DNA of 64,000 nt, from assembly GCA_036785375.1 (NCBI GenBank), contig JAWMAR010000513.1, forward strand, positions 1 through 64,000, written 5' to 3'. Source of the stretch: Leucoraja ocellata (Eukaryota). A model generated the notes under the pieces. It was not told the DNA's origin. It saw only the letters and a list, made by a program, of their open reading frames with translations, and searched no databases. A program made the position numbers and the translations under genes. This document shows, piece by piece, positions 49,670 to 60,550 of the stretch (its first letter is position 1; the number at the start of each line of letters is the position of its first letter).

Positions 49670-50210
49670 AGCTTGTCAGGCAACATCTCTGGCGAAAAAG
49701 GATGGGTGATGTTTCGGGTCGGAGTAGAGGAGAGGGAACTAGAGGTAGGAAATGGTGAGACCAAATCAGGGCTGGCAGAAGATGAGCAAGGAAGAGTGGA
49801 GCCTATAATGGCCCATTGTTAGCTGGGGAAGAGGTGAGGAGGAATGGATACAAGGATGCGAACAGTGGAACTAGTGGGACGACTAGGGAGGGGGAGGAAG
49901 GGAGAGAGGGAATGCAAGGGTTACTTGAAATTAGAGAGATCAATATTGATACTGCTGGGCTGTAAGCTGCCCAAGTGAAATGGGAGGTACTTTTCCCCCA
50001 GTTTGTGTGTGGCCTCACTCTGACAAGTGGAGGAGTCCCAGGACAGTGTGGGAATGGAAAGGGCGTTCAAATGTTTGGCAACTGAGAGATCACGCAGCCC
50101 AAGGCGGATTGGGCGTAAGTGTTTGGTGAAAGAATCGGCCAGTCCACGCTTGGTCTCGCCGATATAAAGCCCACACTGAGAACATGGCATACAGTGGATG
50201 AGGTTGGAGT
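49670..50210 (-). mobile_element. Penelope-like 3' fragment
   Basis: CSQCGLYIGETKRGLADSFTKHLR..HLGSLQPSSINIDLSNFK*. Confidence 0.8.
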
Positions 50211-50615
50211 ATACACCTGTTGGTCCTCGTTGAGGCAGGTCACTCGGGTTTTCTAGGAAACCAGTATTATGAGTGCCATTTTAAAGCAGGCAGGGCTGTC
50301 AGACTGTAGACAATGAAGGTGTCTACAACAACTCTAGCCCGTCGGTCTGTGCAGGTTTTAAGAACTCCATGAGGGCCAGCAACGTCTCGAGGGGTAACCC
50401 TCGAGAAGTACCTTCCGATGACGGCCTCAGAGACTGAGATCACCGGGTCAATGAAACTGTGCAGCCCATGAAGGCACATCGTGGTTCTTCCTTTCGAAGT
50501 GAGTATAGTCAGCATCGGGCTTGTCCATGAGTAATGCAACTGCCACAGTTGCCGAGCGTTCATCTGAGTCTTCAGATTAGTCCAGAAGTGTCTTTTTACA
50601 ATCACGTGGCATTTG
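50205..50615 (-). mobile_element. Rex1/Babar RT-proximal fragment
   Basis: ISVSEAVIGRYFSRVTPRDVAGP.GVLKTCTD resembles Rex1 VSEADVRRSF.RVNPRKA.GPDG..VLK.CADQL. Confidence 0.65.
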
Positions 50616-50644
50616 AGTGATTGTCCCAGGACTTTGTTTTTGTT

Positions 50645-50938
50645 TTAGTTTTAGTTTTAGAGATCACATGTTGAATCAGGCCCTTCGGCCCTCTAAGGCT
50701 GCACCGATCAATGATCACTGCAGTTCGATCCCACACACTAGAGACAATTTTCACAAGACAATTGACCTAAAAAAACTGTACGTCCATTGCGTGTGTGAGG
50801 AAACCGGAGCACCTGGAGAAAACCCACGTGGCCACAGGGAGATCGTACAAACTTTGTAAAGACAGCACCTGTAGTCAGGATAGAGTCCGGGTCTCTGGCG
50901 CTGTAAGGCAGCAACACGACTGCTGCACCACTGGGCCG
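50645..50938 (-). mobile_element. V-SINE (HE1-like)
   Basis: Reverse-complement head, V-domain and tail with (AAAACT)n. Confidence 0.8.
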
Positions 50939-51089
50939 ACGTCTTGCATGATTCTGGATTGCCTGGCTTGAATATCAGAGAACTGGTTCTCTGTGGATCA
51001 CCTGGTTCATTCAATGTTTTTAGTAAAGCATTTTATTAAGTCCTCCATGGTAGGCCGATGCAGAAGATTAAGATGCTCAGGATTACTGC

Positions 51090-51932
51090 ACTTTTAAATC
51101 TCTCCCGGCACGGGAGACCTGACCTTTTCTTTGTCGGGTCTCCGTTGTCGTTGGGGCTGCAACGTGGAGCAGCCTCCAACGGGAAGACCGGGGACTCTGG
51201 TGCCGACGACTCACCTCACCGTCACGGAGCTGGCCGAGTCCAGAGCGGGTGGAGCGGTGGTGGAGCGCTGCTGCGGCCCGACCTCCGGAGATTCGGAGGC
51301 TGCAACTGCGGGTCTGGCGGACGGCGGCACCGGGAGCCCGCAGGTCCCTGGAGGGAGACCGCTTTTCAGGGCTCTCGCAACGACGACTTCTCCCGCCCGA
51401 GTTGCGGGGTTGAAGAGCTCCTGGAGCGGGGCCTTACAACACTGCCCCGCACGACTTGGAATGGTCGCGGGACTCTGTGAGCGCACGCCGGGGGCTCTAA
51501 CATCAAGACCTGGTGTGCGACCTTGCATCGCCCGGCGTGGCTTTAATGGCCGCGGGACAATCGCCATCGCCAGCCGGGGGCTTTGACTTTGACTCTGACA
51601 TCGGGGGGGGGGGGGGGGGAGTGCAGTGGAGAGATACGTTTTTTGGCCTTCCATCACAGCAATGTGATGGATGTTTATGTAAATTATGTTGTGTCTCAGG
51701 TCTATTTAACTGTTTGGTGCCTTTCCCCACAGTGGAAAGCTTTGATTCTGCTGTGGGGGGACGTTTGTGTTGAACTCTAAAATGTAGCGTGTCCATTTTA
51801 TTTTTTAACCTACTTCTATGGTTTGTAATGGAACTTATTATTTAATTTATGTAAAGCACTTTGGGGTCAATGCAAATTGACTAAAAATGTGCTATATAAA
51901 TAAACTTACTTTACTTTACTTTACTTTACTTT
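51090..51932 (+). mobile_element. GC-rich non-autonomous retroelement with L2-type tail
   Basis: CpG-rich body; core shared with 41820-41915; ends gtaaagcactttgggg..aaatgtgctatataaataaa plus (CTTTA)n, as in the L2 at 9934-10007. Confidence 0.65.
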
Positions 51933-51934
51933 AA

Positions 51935-53300
51935 TAGTGACTTGGTCGTATGGATTCATTGGTCATACTGATGGAAGACGGGGTTGTGGTGGAAGGGCGA
52001 TATTCAGTGACAAGTGGATGTCCGCAGGATCTGTGCTGGGACCACTGCTATTTGTGATATATATAAATGACTTGGATGTAAACATAGACAGGTCGGTTAG
52101 TCTGTTTGCAGATAACATGTAGATTTCTGGGATCGCGGATTGTGAGGAAAGGCTGTCAATGTACAGGACGGGATATAGTTCATCTCCAGAAATGGACAGA
52201 GACATGGTAGTGTAAGGTGCTGCACTCTGGAAGGTCATATGTAAGGGGAAAATATACAATTAACAGTGTTGTACAGAGGGATCTCAGGGTTCAAATCCAT
52301 AACTCCAAGAAAGTGGCAACACAAGCAGATAGAGTGGTAACGAAGGCATATGGTATGTTATAAGATATGTCAATAAAATATATTATTAGAAACATAGAAA
52401 CATAGAAATTAGGTGCAGGAGTAGGCCATTCGGCCCTTCGAGCCTGCACCGCCATTCAATATGATCATGGCTGATCATCCAACTCAGTATCCCGTACCTG
52501 CCTTCTCTCCATACCCCCTGATCCCCTTAGCCACAAGGGCCACATCTAACTCCCTCTTTGTTATTATTATTATTATATTATTTAAGAAAGAACTGCAAAT
52601 GCTGGTAAAATTGAAGGTAGACACAAAATGCTGGAGAAACTCAGCGGGTGAGGCTGTATCTATGGAGAGAAGGAATTGGCGATGTTTCGGGTCGAGACCA
52701 GGCTTATGCTTTCACAGGTTGGGGCATTGAGTATAAGAGTCGGGAAGTCAAGATGCAGTTTTATAGGACTTTGGTTAGGTTGCATTTGGAGTATTGTGTA
52801 CAGTTTTGGTTGCCCCATTACAGGAAAGATATAGAGGCTTTGGAAAGGGTGCAGAGAACAGTTTACCGGAGTAATACCTGGATTAGGGGGTATTTACTGC
52901 GGAGAAGCTGGAAAAACTTGAATTGTTTTCTCTAGAATGCCAGAGGTTGCCTATAAAGTATATAAAATGATTCGAGGCATAGATGGGGTAGGCAGCCTGG
53001 CTGGAAAATTCAAATACTGGAGGGAATAGTTTTAAGGTGACAGGGGCAAAGTTTAAAGGAGATGTGCGGGCCCAGTTTTTTACACCAAGGGTGGTGAGTG
53101 TCTGGATTGTGCTGCTGGGAGTGGTGGTTGAAGCTGATATGTTAGCGGCATTTAAAATACTTTTGGATAGGCATATGGACGTGCAAGGAATGGAGGGACA
53201 TGGATTATGTGAGGTAGATAAGTGATGATCTTGGCATTATGTTTGGCACAAGCATTGTGGGCCGAAGCGCCTGTTCTTGTGCTGTACTGTTCTATGATCA
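51935..53300 (+). mobile_element. Degenerate CR1 ORF2 3' region with nested CR1 tail (52385-52560, -) and PLE module (52580-52700)
   Basis: GSVLGPLLFVIYINDLD..FADN; GIEYKSREVKMQFYRTLVRLHLEYCVQFWLPHYRKDIEALERVQR; FKGDVRAQFFTPRVV. Confidence 0.85.
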
Positions 53301-53362
53301 ATGCTTCTGGTGAGGGAATACTCAAATGGTCTTGGTCGGATCACACACCTCCAACATTCCCT

Positions 53363-54146
53363 CCCGGTGAAGAGGATGGTACGGAGCTGATCAGGGAGGG
53401 CAGAGGAGGAGCAACTTTGCGATTGCTTGCTCCTGCTAGACTAGACGATGCTCAGGCTCGGCAAAGGAAATGAATGAATGCTGTGGCGTATTCGCCCAGA
53501 TCCGTTGCCAAGTCACGAACGTCGTTCAGTCTACCAGCTAAAAGCAATCGTGAAGTTGCTCCTCTGTCTTCCCCGATCTGCTCCGTACCATCCTGTTGAC
53601 CAGGGCTGCGTTCTCCAGTCGCCATCTCTATGCAGGAAGCAGGAGCACAGCCAGGTGGTGGGGTTTACCAAAGAATGAGCGGGGGATGGAGCAAGAGGTA
53701 TCTCTGATGGTGGAGTAACAGGTCCAAGAGAGTTTGATCCTCTGGTGCTGCAGGAGACATGATGCTGCTAGCTTGGAAACGTCTTCTTCAAACTAGCCTT
53801 GTTGAAATCCCCGTCAGCGATGGATAAGACATTAGGGTACGTCAGCTGCTGTTTATTGAGCAGGGCATCTCGTTCTTCAAGTGCCAGCTGAACATCCGCC
53901 TGGGGGCCTGGGGGCCGGGATATAGACTGTAGTTGCAATGATGGAGGTGAATGCCCTCAGGAGGTAGAAAGAGACAGCACGTCACTGCTAGATGTGGAGG
54001 GACCAGACCACCAGGTCCGAGCACCATGAAGAGTTTAACCGTGAGGAAGACACCTCTCCTTTTCCCTAAAGTCGCCATCCTGCCATAGACGGATCGAGAG
54101 GCCTGCGGGCTAGAGGGGTGGGGGTAAGTCATGTCTCTGTGAAGCA
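53363..54146 (-). mobile_element. Rex1/Babar endonuclease-region fragment ending in a fold-back duplication
   Basis: Minus strand has CFTET, GDFN and EEQLHDCF..VD segments; 53363-53482 is a diverged inverted copy of 53486-53605. Confidence 0.7.
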
Positions 54147-56087
54147 TGCATCTCTGTGACCCTCACATAACACAGTCATAGAGTCATACAGCACTGAAAC
54201 AGGCCCTTCAGCCCTATTTTCCCCATGCCAGCCAAGATGCCCCTTCTGCTCCAGTCCCACCTGCCTGCGTTCGGCCCATATCTTTCTAATCCATGAACCT
54301 GTCCAAATAAATATCTTGCTCATTAGTCCTCAATCTTATTTTCCGGGGATGATATCATAGAGTTGGATGGAGTTTCTTCGCTCCATAGATGCTGCCTCAC
54401 CCGCTGAATTTCTCCAGCATTTTTGTCTACCTTCTGGAGATGATATGTTGGTAAATAGGATGCAAGGGAGCCGGGGATGGGGATGGGTTTGGCGATTGTA
54501 CAACCACTCTTACATGCGGCTTCAATGTTACCTGTGAGGCGACCATGTTGCTGTGCTCAATGGGGCCTCCCCAGCAACCATGTTCCCAGGCCTAATAGAG
54601 TCCTCCCCAGATCCTGCAGATTCCGTAATGAATGATTGTGTCTGTGTGTTACAGATGTGTCAGGCTATAAGATCGCTAATTCATTTACACGTTCCGGACG
54701 CCTGTTTGTTACAGCACCGCTTTATCTAAGCTTTTTTCTAAGCTTAAATTAAAAATAAAAATCCCTTGCTGCTTCCTGTCTGACCAGACAGTGTACAGTG
54801 TGCAGCTTGTTTGGACTTTGTAGTTTTGCAGACACTTGTTTTCATGGCTTAAAACAGGCATGTGTAATATTACAGGTACACAAAAATGCTGGAGAAACTC
54901 AGCGGGTTCAGCAGCATCTATGGAGTGAAGGAAATAGGCAACGTTTCGGGCCGAAACCCTTCTTCTGTCTGATATATGTGTAATATTATCTCAGCTCAGC
55001 TGATGGTAAAATGTCGCCATACTCCGCCATTGTTCGTTTTCGAGACAAAAAACAGCTCAATAAAGCGTTCAGTTGAAGGCCCGTGAACCAATCGACACGA
55101 CATTCACAAATGGTGACGTGGTCTGTTCACACTGTTTGTCTACCAAGCAGACACAGGGCGGGCCACTCTGCCTCTTGTGGGTCAGCTAATCCACCTCCCT
55201 CCTCTGCCCTTTCACGATTATCTTGTGACATCTTTACTTTTCCCTCATAACTGACAGAACCCGACATGGTTGGACAGAATCCTGGTCATGGCAACAGCCG
55301 CAGCTCCTCAGCATTCCGACTTGCTCCGTACATCAGGCAACAGCTGTTCCAAGTGTCCAAGTTCCAAGGCCTATTCTCTGGATGCTTTCGAGAGAGTTAG
55401 ATAGGGCTCTTAAAGATAGCGGAGTCAAGGGATATGGGGAGAAGGAAGGAACTTTGTGCTGATTGTGGATGATCAGCCATGATCATAATGAATGGTGGTG
55501 CTGGCTCGAAGGGCCGAATGGCCTACTCCTGCACCCGTTGTCTATTGTCTATTGTGCATTGTTTCTAAAACACCCTAAAGACCAAAAAGCAGTGGTGGGA
55601 CCCTGCCCATGCTCATTCAGGGAGCAGAAAGGAAATTATTTTTAACAAATCATGAAGTCAAGTTTGTAATACTTTAAATCTACAGTCTGGTATCTCATGG
55701 ATGATTATCAATACATTTCTCCAATGGGTTTTGTGTCAATTTAGTGGCTTTGATCACATTATGTTTACAGACAGACAGACAGAATGAAAATAAGTCCTTG
55801 GACTCACCAGCCGACCATCAATCACCCGTTCACATTAGTGCTATGCTATCCCACTTTCTCATCTACTCCCTTCACACTAGGTGCAATTTAAAGAGGTCTA
55901 CAAACCCACACATCTTTGTATGTGGAAGGAAAGCTCAGCAGCTGGAGGAGACCCACATGGTCCCATGGAGAACGTGCAAGCTCCACACAGACAACACTCA
56001 AGGTCAGGATCGAACCCGGGTCTCTGATGATGTGAGGAAGCAGCTCAACCAGCTGCACCACTGTGCCGCCCATAGGTTAGAGAATAA

Positions 56088-56967
56088 AGGGCCTGTCCCA
56101 CTGATGCGACCTTTACAGGCGACTGCCGGCACCCGTGATTTCATTTTCAACGTTGAAAATTCAGCAGCGATCAGAAAAACGCTACGACTCTTTGGAGATC
56201 TGTCACGACCATAGGTGACCTCTCAGATTCAGATTCAGATTCAGATTCAGATTCAGATTCAGATTCAGATTCAAACTTTATTGTCATTGTGCAGTGTACA
56301 GTACAGAGACAACGAAATGCAGTTAGCATCTCCCTAAAAGAGCGACATAGAATATGAGCAATAAATAAATGTATTTACGTGCATACAGTCATAGTAGTGC
56401 AATTATTTTTTTCCTGGTGGAAGGAGTGTCCGGGGGTGGGGGGGTGGGGTGATTGGCAGTCACCGAGGTACATTGTTGAGTAATGTGACAGCCGCAGGGA
56501 AGAAGCTGTTCCTGGACCTGCTGGTCCGGCAACGGAGAGACCTGTAGCGCCTCCCGGATGGTAGGAGGGTAAACAGTCTGTGGTTGGGGTGAGAGCAGTC
56601 CTTGGCGATGCTGAGCGCCCTTTGGACAGACTCAATGGAGGGGAGCGAGGAACCGGTGATGCGTGGGGCAATTTTCACCACCCTCTGCAGTGCTTTCCGG
56701 TCGGAGACATACCATACTGTGATACAGTTGGTAAGGATGCTCTCGATGTTCACGACCATACAGGCGCTATAGTCATGAAAGGTCTCCTATGGTCGTGAGC
56801 GGTCACCAGCGACATGTCGCCAGGGGTCGCCTGCACGGCCGTGAGAAGTCTCCAAAGTCATAGCGTATTTCTGGACGCCTCTGAATTTTCAACGTGTTGA
56901 AAATTTTGCCGACCCATCACGGGTGGTGACAGTTGCCTGTAAAGGTCGCGTAAGTGGGACAGGCCTT
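56088..56967. mobile_element. Harbinger-type MITE split by a Rex1 insertion
   Basis: Left end agggcctgtcccact after TAA; right end agtgggacaggcctt before TTA; long imperfect internal inverted symmetry. Confidence 0.8.
56225..56750 (-). mobile_element. Rex1/Babar 3' fragment with (GAATCT)n tail
   Basis: IESILTNCITVWY..DRKALQRVVKIA..HPNHRLFTLLPSGRRYRSLRCRTSRSRNSFFPAAV; about 8 copies of AGATTC at 56225-56272. Confidence 0.9.
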
Positions 56968-57380
56968 TTACACTGAACACTGAAACCTGCTCTGACTCAA
57001 CCCTGCTCTGACTCTAACCTCATTCGGCCATTCACCCCCCAGTCAGGCGTCTTCTCTGCCGCAGTATTGTCCCATGGTCTGATCTTCCCTCTACAAACTC
57101 CTCTGCCCCCTCACCTCCATGCTCCCACCCACAGATCTGACCAGCCTTCCTATCACTCGAGAGTCAAGAGTCAAGGAGTGTTTTATTGTCATATGCACCA
57201 AAACGGAACAATGAAATTCTTACTTGCAGCAACACAAAACGTTAAATACAGTTCTCAATAAATAACATAAGAAACAAACATAAAAAAGTTCAATAAATTA
57301 TAAAAAAAACATATATAATTCAAAAAACTAAACAAAGCCCGAAGCTCCCAGTGCAAACAAGGCAGCTTGGAGTTCTTCGT

Positions 57381-57411
57381 CTGACGAAGGGTCTCGACCC
57401 GAAACGTCACC
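57381..57411 (+). ncRNA. Minimal hammerhead-ribozyme-like core (PLE module)
   Basis: CUGACGA-A-GGGUCUCGACCC-GAAA-CGUC-ACC. Confidence 0.55.
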
Positions 57412-58349
57412 CATTCCTTCTCTCCAGAGATGCTGCCTGTCCTGCTGAGTTACTCCAGCATTTTGTGTCGATCTACAGTTCGTGGCTCTGAGGTTAGTTG
57501 GCATTTATAGTGTTTAATAGCTTGAAGATCATTGGGAAGAAGCTGTTCCTGAACCTGGACATTACAATTCACAGGCACTTTACCTTCTTCCTGATGGTGG
57601 GAGTGGAATGAAAGTGTGGCCAGCGTGTTGTGGGACTCTGATGATGCTGGCTGCCTTTTTTGAGAAGGGACCATCCTACATGATGGTGGGGAGGTATCAT
57701 TCCTTCTCCCCCCCTCCCCCAAGTTAGTCGTCCTACTAGTCGTCCACTGTTTGGATCCTTGTATACCTTCATTATCACCTCGTCCCCAACCAACAGTGGG
57801 CCATTATGGGCTCCACCCCACCTCGGTCATCTGTTGCTGGCCCAGATTTGTTCTGGCCTTTTCTTACCTCCAGTTCGGGCAGTGTCCACCACTTTTTGTA
57901 ATCGCCTTCCTTCCAGGGTGTTCGAGCTGCTGAGGCAGGCCACGATGCAACCAGTCAATATGCCCCTTAATAAGCATCTGCTTATTTTTATTCTGCTTCT
58001 GTGAAATGTTCATGGAACATATTTTTTCTATTGCAGGATTTTGTATCCTGCAAATTGTTGCATTGTGATCCATTCAATGAAACAAGGAATTTACACTGAA
58101 TATTTGAAGAAGGGTCCTGACCCGAAACGTCACCTATCCATGTTCTCCTCCAGAGATGCTGCCTGGCCCGCTGAGTTACTCCAGCACTTTGTGTACTTCT
58201 GAATATTAAAGGTGTTCTGTTTCAGCAAAACGATACGTTTTGTAGGTAAGTCAACGACATATTGCCCAGATTCTTGATATTAATTAATTTATTTTATTTT
58301 ATACTTCAATTCTATAGCAAATTAAAGTAAATCACTTCTATATTTAACA

Positions 58350-59165
58350 GTAGAGAGAATCTCATTGAAACATACAGAATAGTGAAAGGCTTGGATGGTG
58401 TCTAGGACTAGTCATAACCTCTAGTCCTAGATGGCGGGACTGTCATATGCTGAGAGAATGGAGCGGCTGGGCTTGTATACTCTGGAGTTTAGAAGGATGA
58501 GAGGGAATATTATTATAACATATAAGATTATTAAGGGTTTGGACACGTAAGAGGCAGGAAACATGTTCCCGATGTTGGGGGTGTCCAGAACCAGGGTCCA
58601 CAGTTTAAGAATAAGGGGTAAGCCATTTAGAACGGAGATGAGGAAACACTTTTTCTCACAGAGAGTTGTGAGTCTGTGGAATTCTCTGCCTCAGAGGGCG
58701 GTGGAGGCGGAGAATTCAAGAGAGAGCTAGATAGGGCTCTTAAAGATAGCTGAGTCATGGGATATGGGGAGAAGGCAGGAACAGGGTACTGATTGGGGAT
58801 GATCAGCCATGATCACATTGAATGGCGGTGCTGGCTCGAAAGGCTGAATGGCCTACTCCTGCATCTATTGTCTATTGTCTATTGTCTCAGAATTAAAGGA
58901 CGTTCCTTCAGGAAAGAGATGAGGAGGAATTTCTTTAGTCAGAGGGTGGTGAATCTGTGGAATTCTTTGCCACAGAAAGCTGTGGAGGCCAGGTCAATGG
59001 ATATTTTTAAGGCAGAGATAGATAGATTCTTGATTAGTACAGGTGTCAGGGGTTATGGGGAGAAGGCATGAGAATAGGGTTCAGAGAGAGAGATAGATTA
59101 GCCATGATTGAATGGCGGAGTAGACTTGATAGGCCAAATGGCTTAATTTGGCTCCTATCATTTAA
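58350..59165 (+). mobile_element. Nested CR1 3' fragments
   Basis: GLSYAERMERLGLYTLEFRRMRG..TRVHSLRIRG and two successive CR1 3' tails. Confidence 0.85.
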
Positions 59166-60550
59166 GTCTTTATAACCTTATGAATCTTTGCATGCATCTT
59201 GATGGCAATGAGAAGCTATTCCAGTGTCTGGCCACTTGATGGAGTGGTGAATTTGGAATAATTTCAATGGAGTTTAAATTCGAGGATTCAGCTTTTGAAG
59301 TGGGCTGTGTGTGAGAGCTCGAACAAGGAAATGCGACTCTCAACTCACCTCAATGGCTGCTAAGGCAAGTCACTAATTTGTCAAAGCATTAACTTTCTGC
59401 AAGGCCTATAAAGGAATGCAGGTAAGACCAGGAGAGTGGCCCCCAGAGGGAAAATCTGGTGCAAATATTTGTTGTGAAATGTTTGCAGTAATAATGAAAC
59501 ATGGCTTTGTTCCCTGTGGAAACCTGGGGGTGTAACTTACCGTCCTGTTGTACTCAGTTGTTAACTCGTAGAGAACTGACGAGCTAATCTTTCTCATTCT
59601 ACGCTCCAGTTTTATGGAACTCGCACTGAGCAGTGGTAATCGAGGCTTCCAAGTCACCCTCTTCGCATCAAAGCTGCTTCCACACTTTTGTTCTTCATGA
59701 GCTGAGAGGCGGCTTGTTGCCGGGTAGATATCAGGGCCTATATTCCATAGAAACCTTTGGTGTTCCACCTTCCCACCTTATTCAGTTGGCCAAGCAACAA
59801 ACGCCAATCTCTATCTGTGTACTCCTGTTATCAGCAGAAGGATTTCTAAACCACTCACGACTGCAACGTTCCGTTTGCTGTTGCTTAGGGTCTTGTATCA
59901 ACAGCAGCCGCAGTCCTGCATATTTCTTGGCTTTCAGTTAAAATTGTGTTTTAGTCGAGTCAAAAGAACGTCAGATTAAAGACGCGGGTTCTATTATGGA
60001 AATGTTCTCGTTCGTGACATTACAGCTCTAATATAATGAATAACTTGCAGGAAAGAAAAGCTTGCCAGATTTTGTCCCACAGGCAAACTGAATCAAACTT
60101 AAGCTTTGTCAGGTTGTTGTTTAAAGTCACCGAGTCTCAGTTAAATGTGCAACTTCCAAGGGCCAGGAACTTGGAATCCCTCGCCAACTGACAGGTGCTG
60201 TAACTAGAAAGAGCCTCGTTGGAACCGCTTGCCGAAGAATTCAATTGTTTACAAAAGTGAGGGAATGTCCAAGTAAATCAATTTGCACGAGCTGCAACTG
60301 TCGGGCTACCCTAGAGATCGGCTGACATTAAATGCGCGGCTGAACTGGCCAGAGACGTGCTGTGACCCACCTGCCTGTGTTGCCAAAGGGCCAAATGTCT
60401 CATTATCATGGTTGAACTCATTTCTCCAGTAATGCCAATACACACTAGGGATAGTTTACAATCTTTACCGAAGCCAGTTAACGTACAAACCTGTACGTCT
60501 TTGGAGCGTGGGAGGAAACTGGAGCATCCGGGGAAAAAGCCACGCAATTA

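Noticed and set aside
51090-51620. CpG-island-like stretch with several overlapping ORFs (also 12350-12820 and 19590-19880)
   Set aside because: Belongs to a dispersed repeat family with retroelement tails; there is no evidence of a host promoter or protein.
21288-56272. Short tandem arrays such as (TAAAC)n, (CTTGA)n and (AGATTC)n considered as CRISPR-like or telomeric repeats
   Set aside because: No spacers and not TTAGGG; they are the 3' microsatellite tails of LINEs and SINEs.
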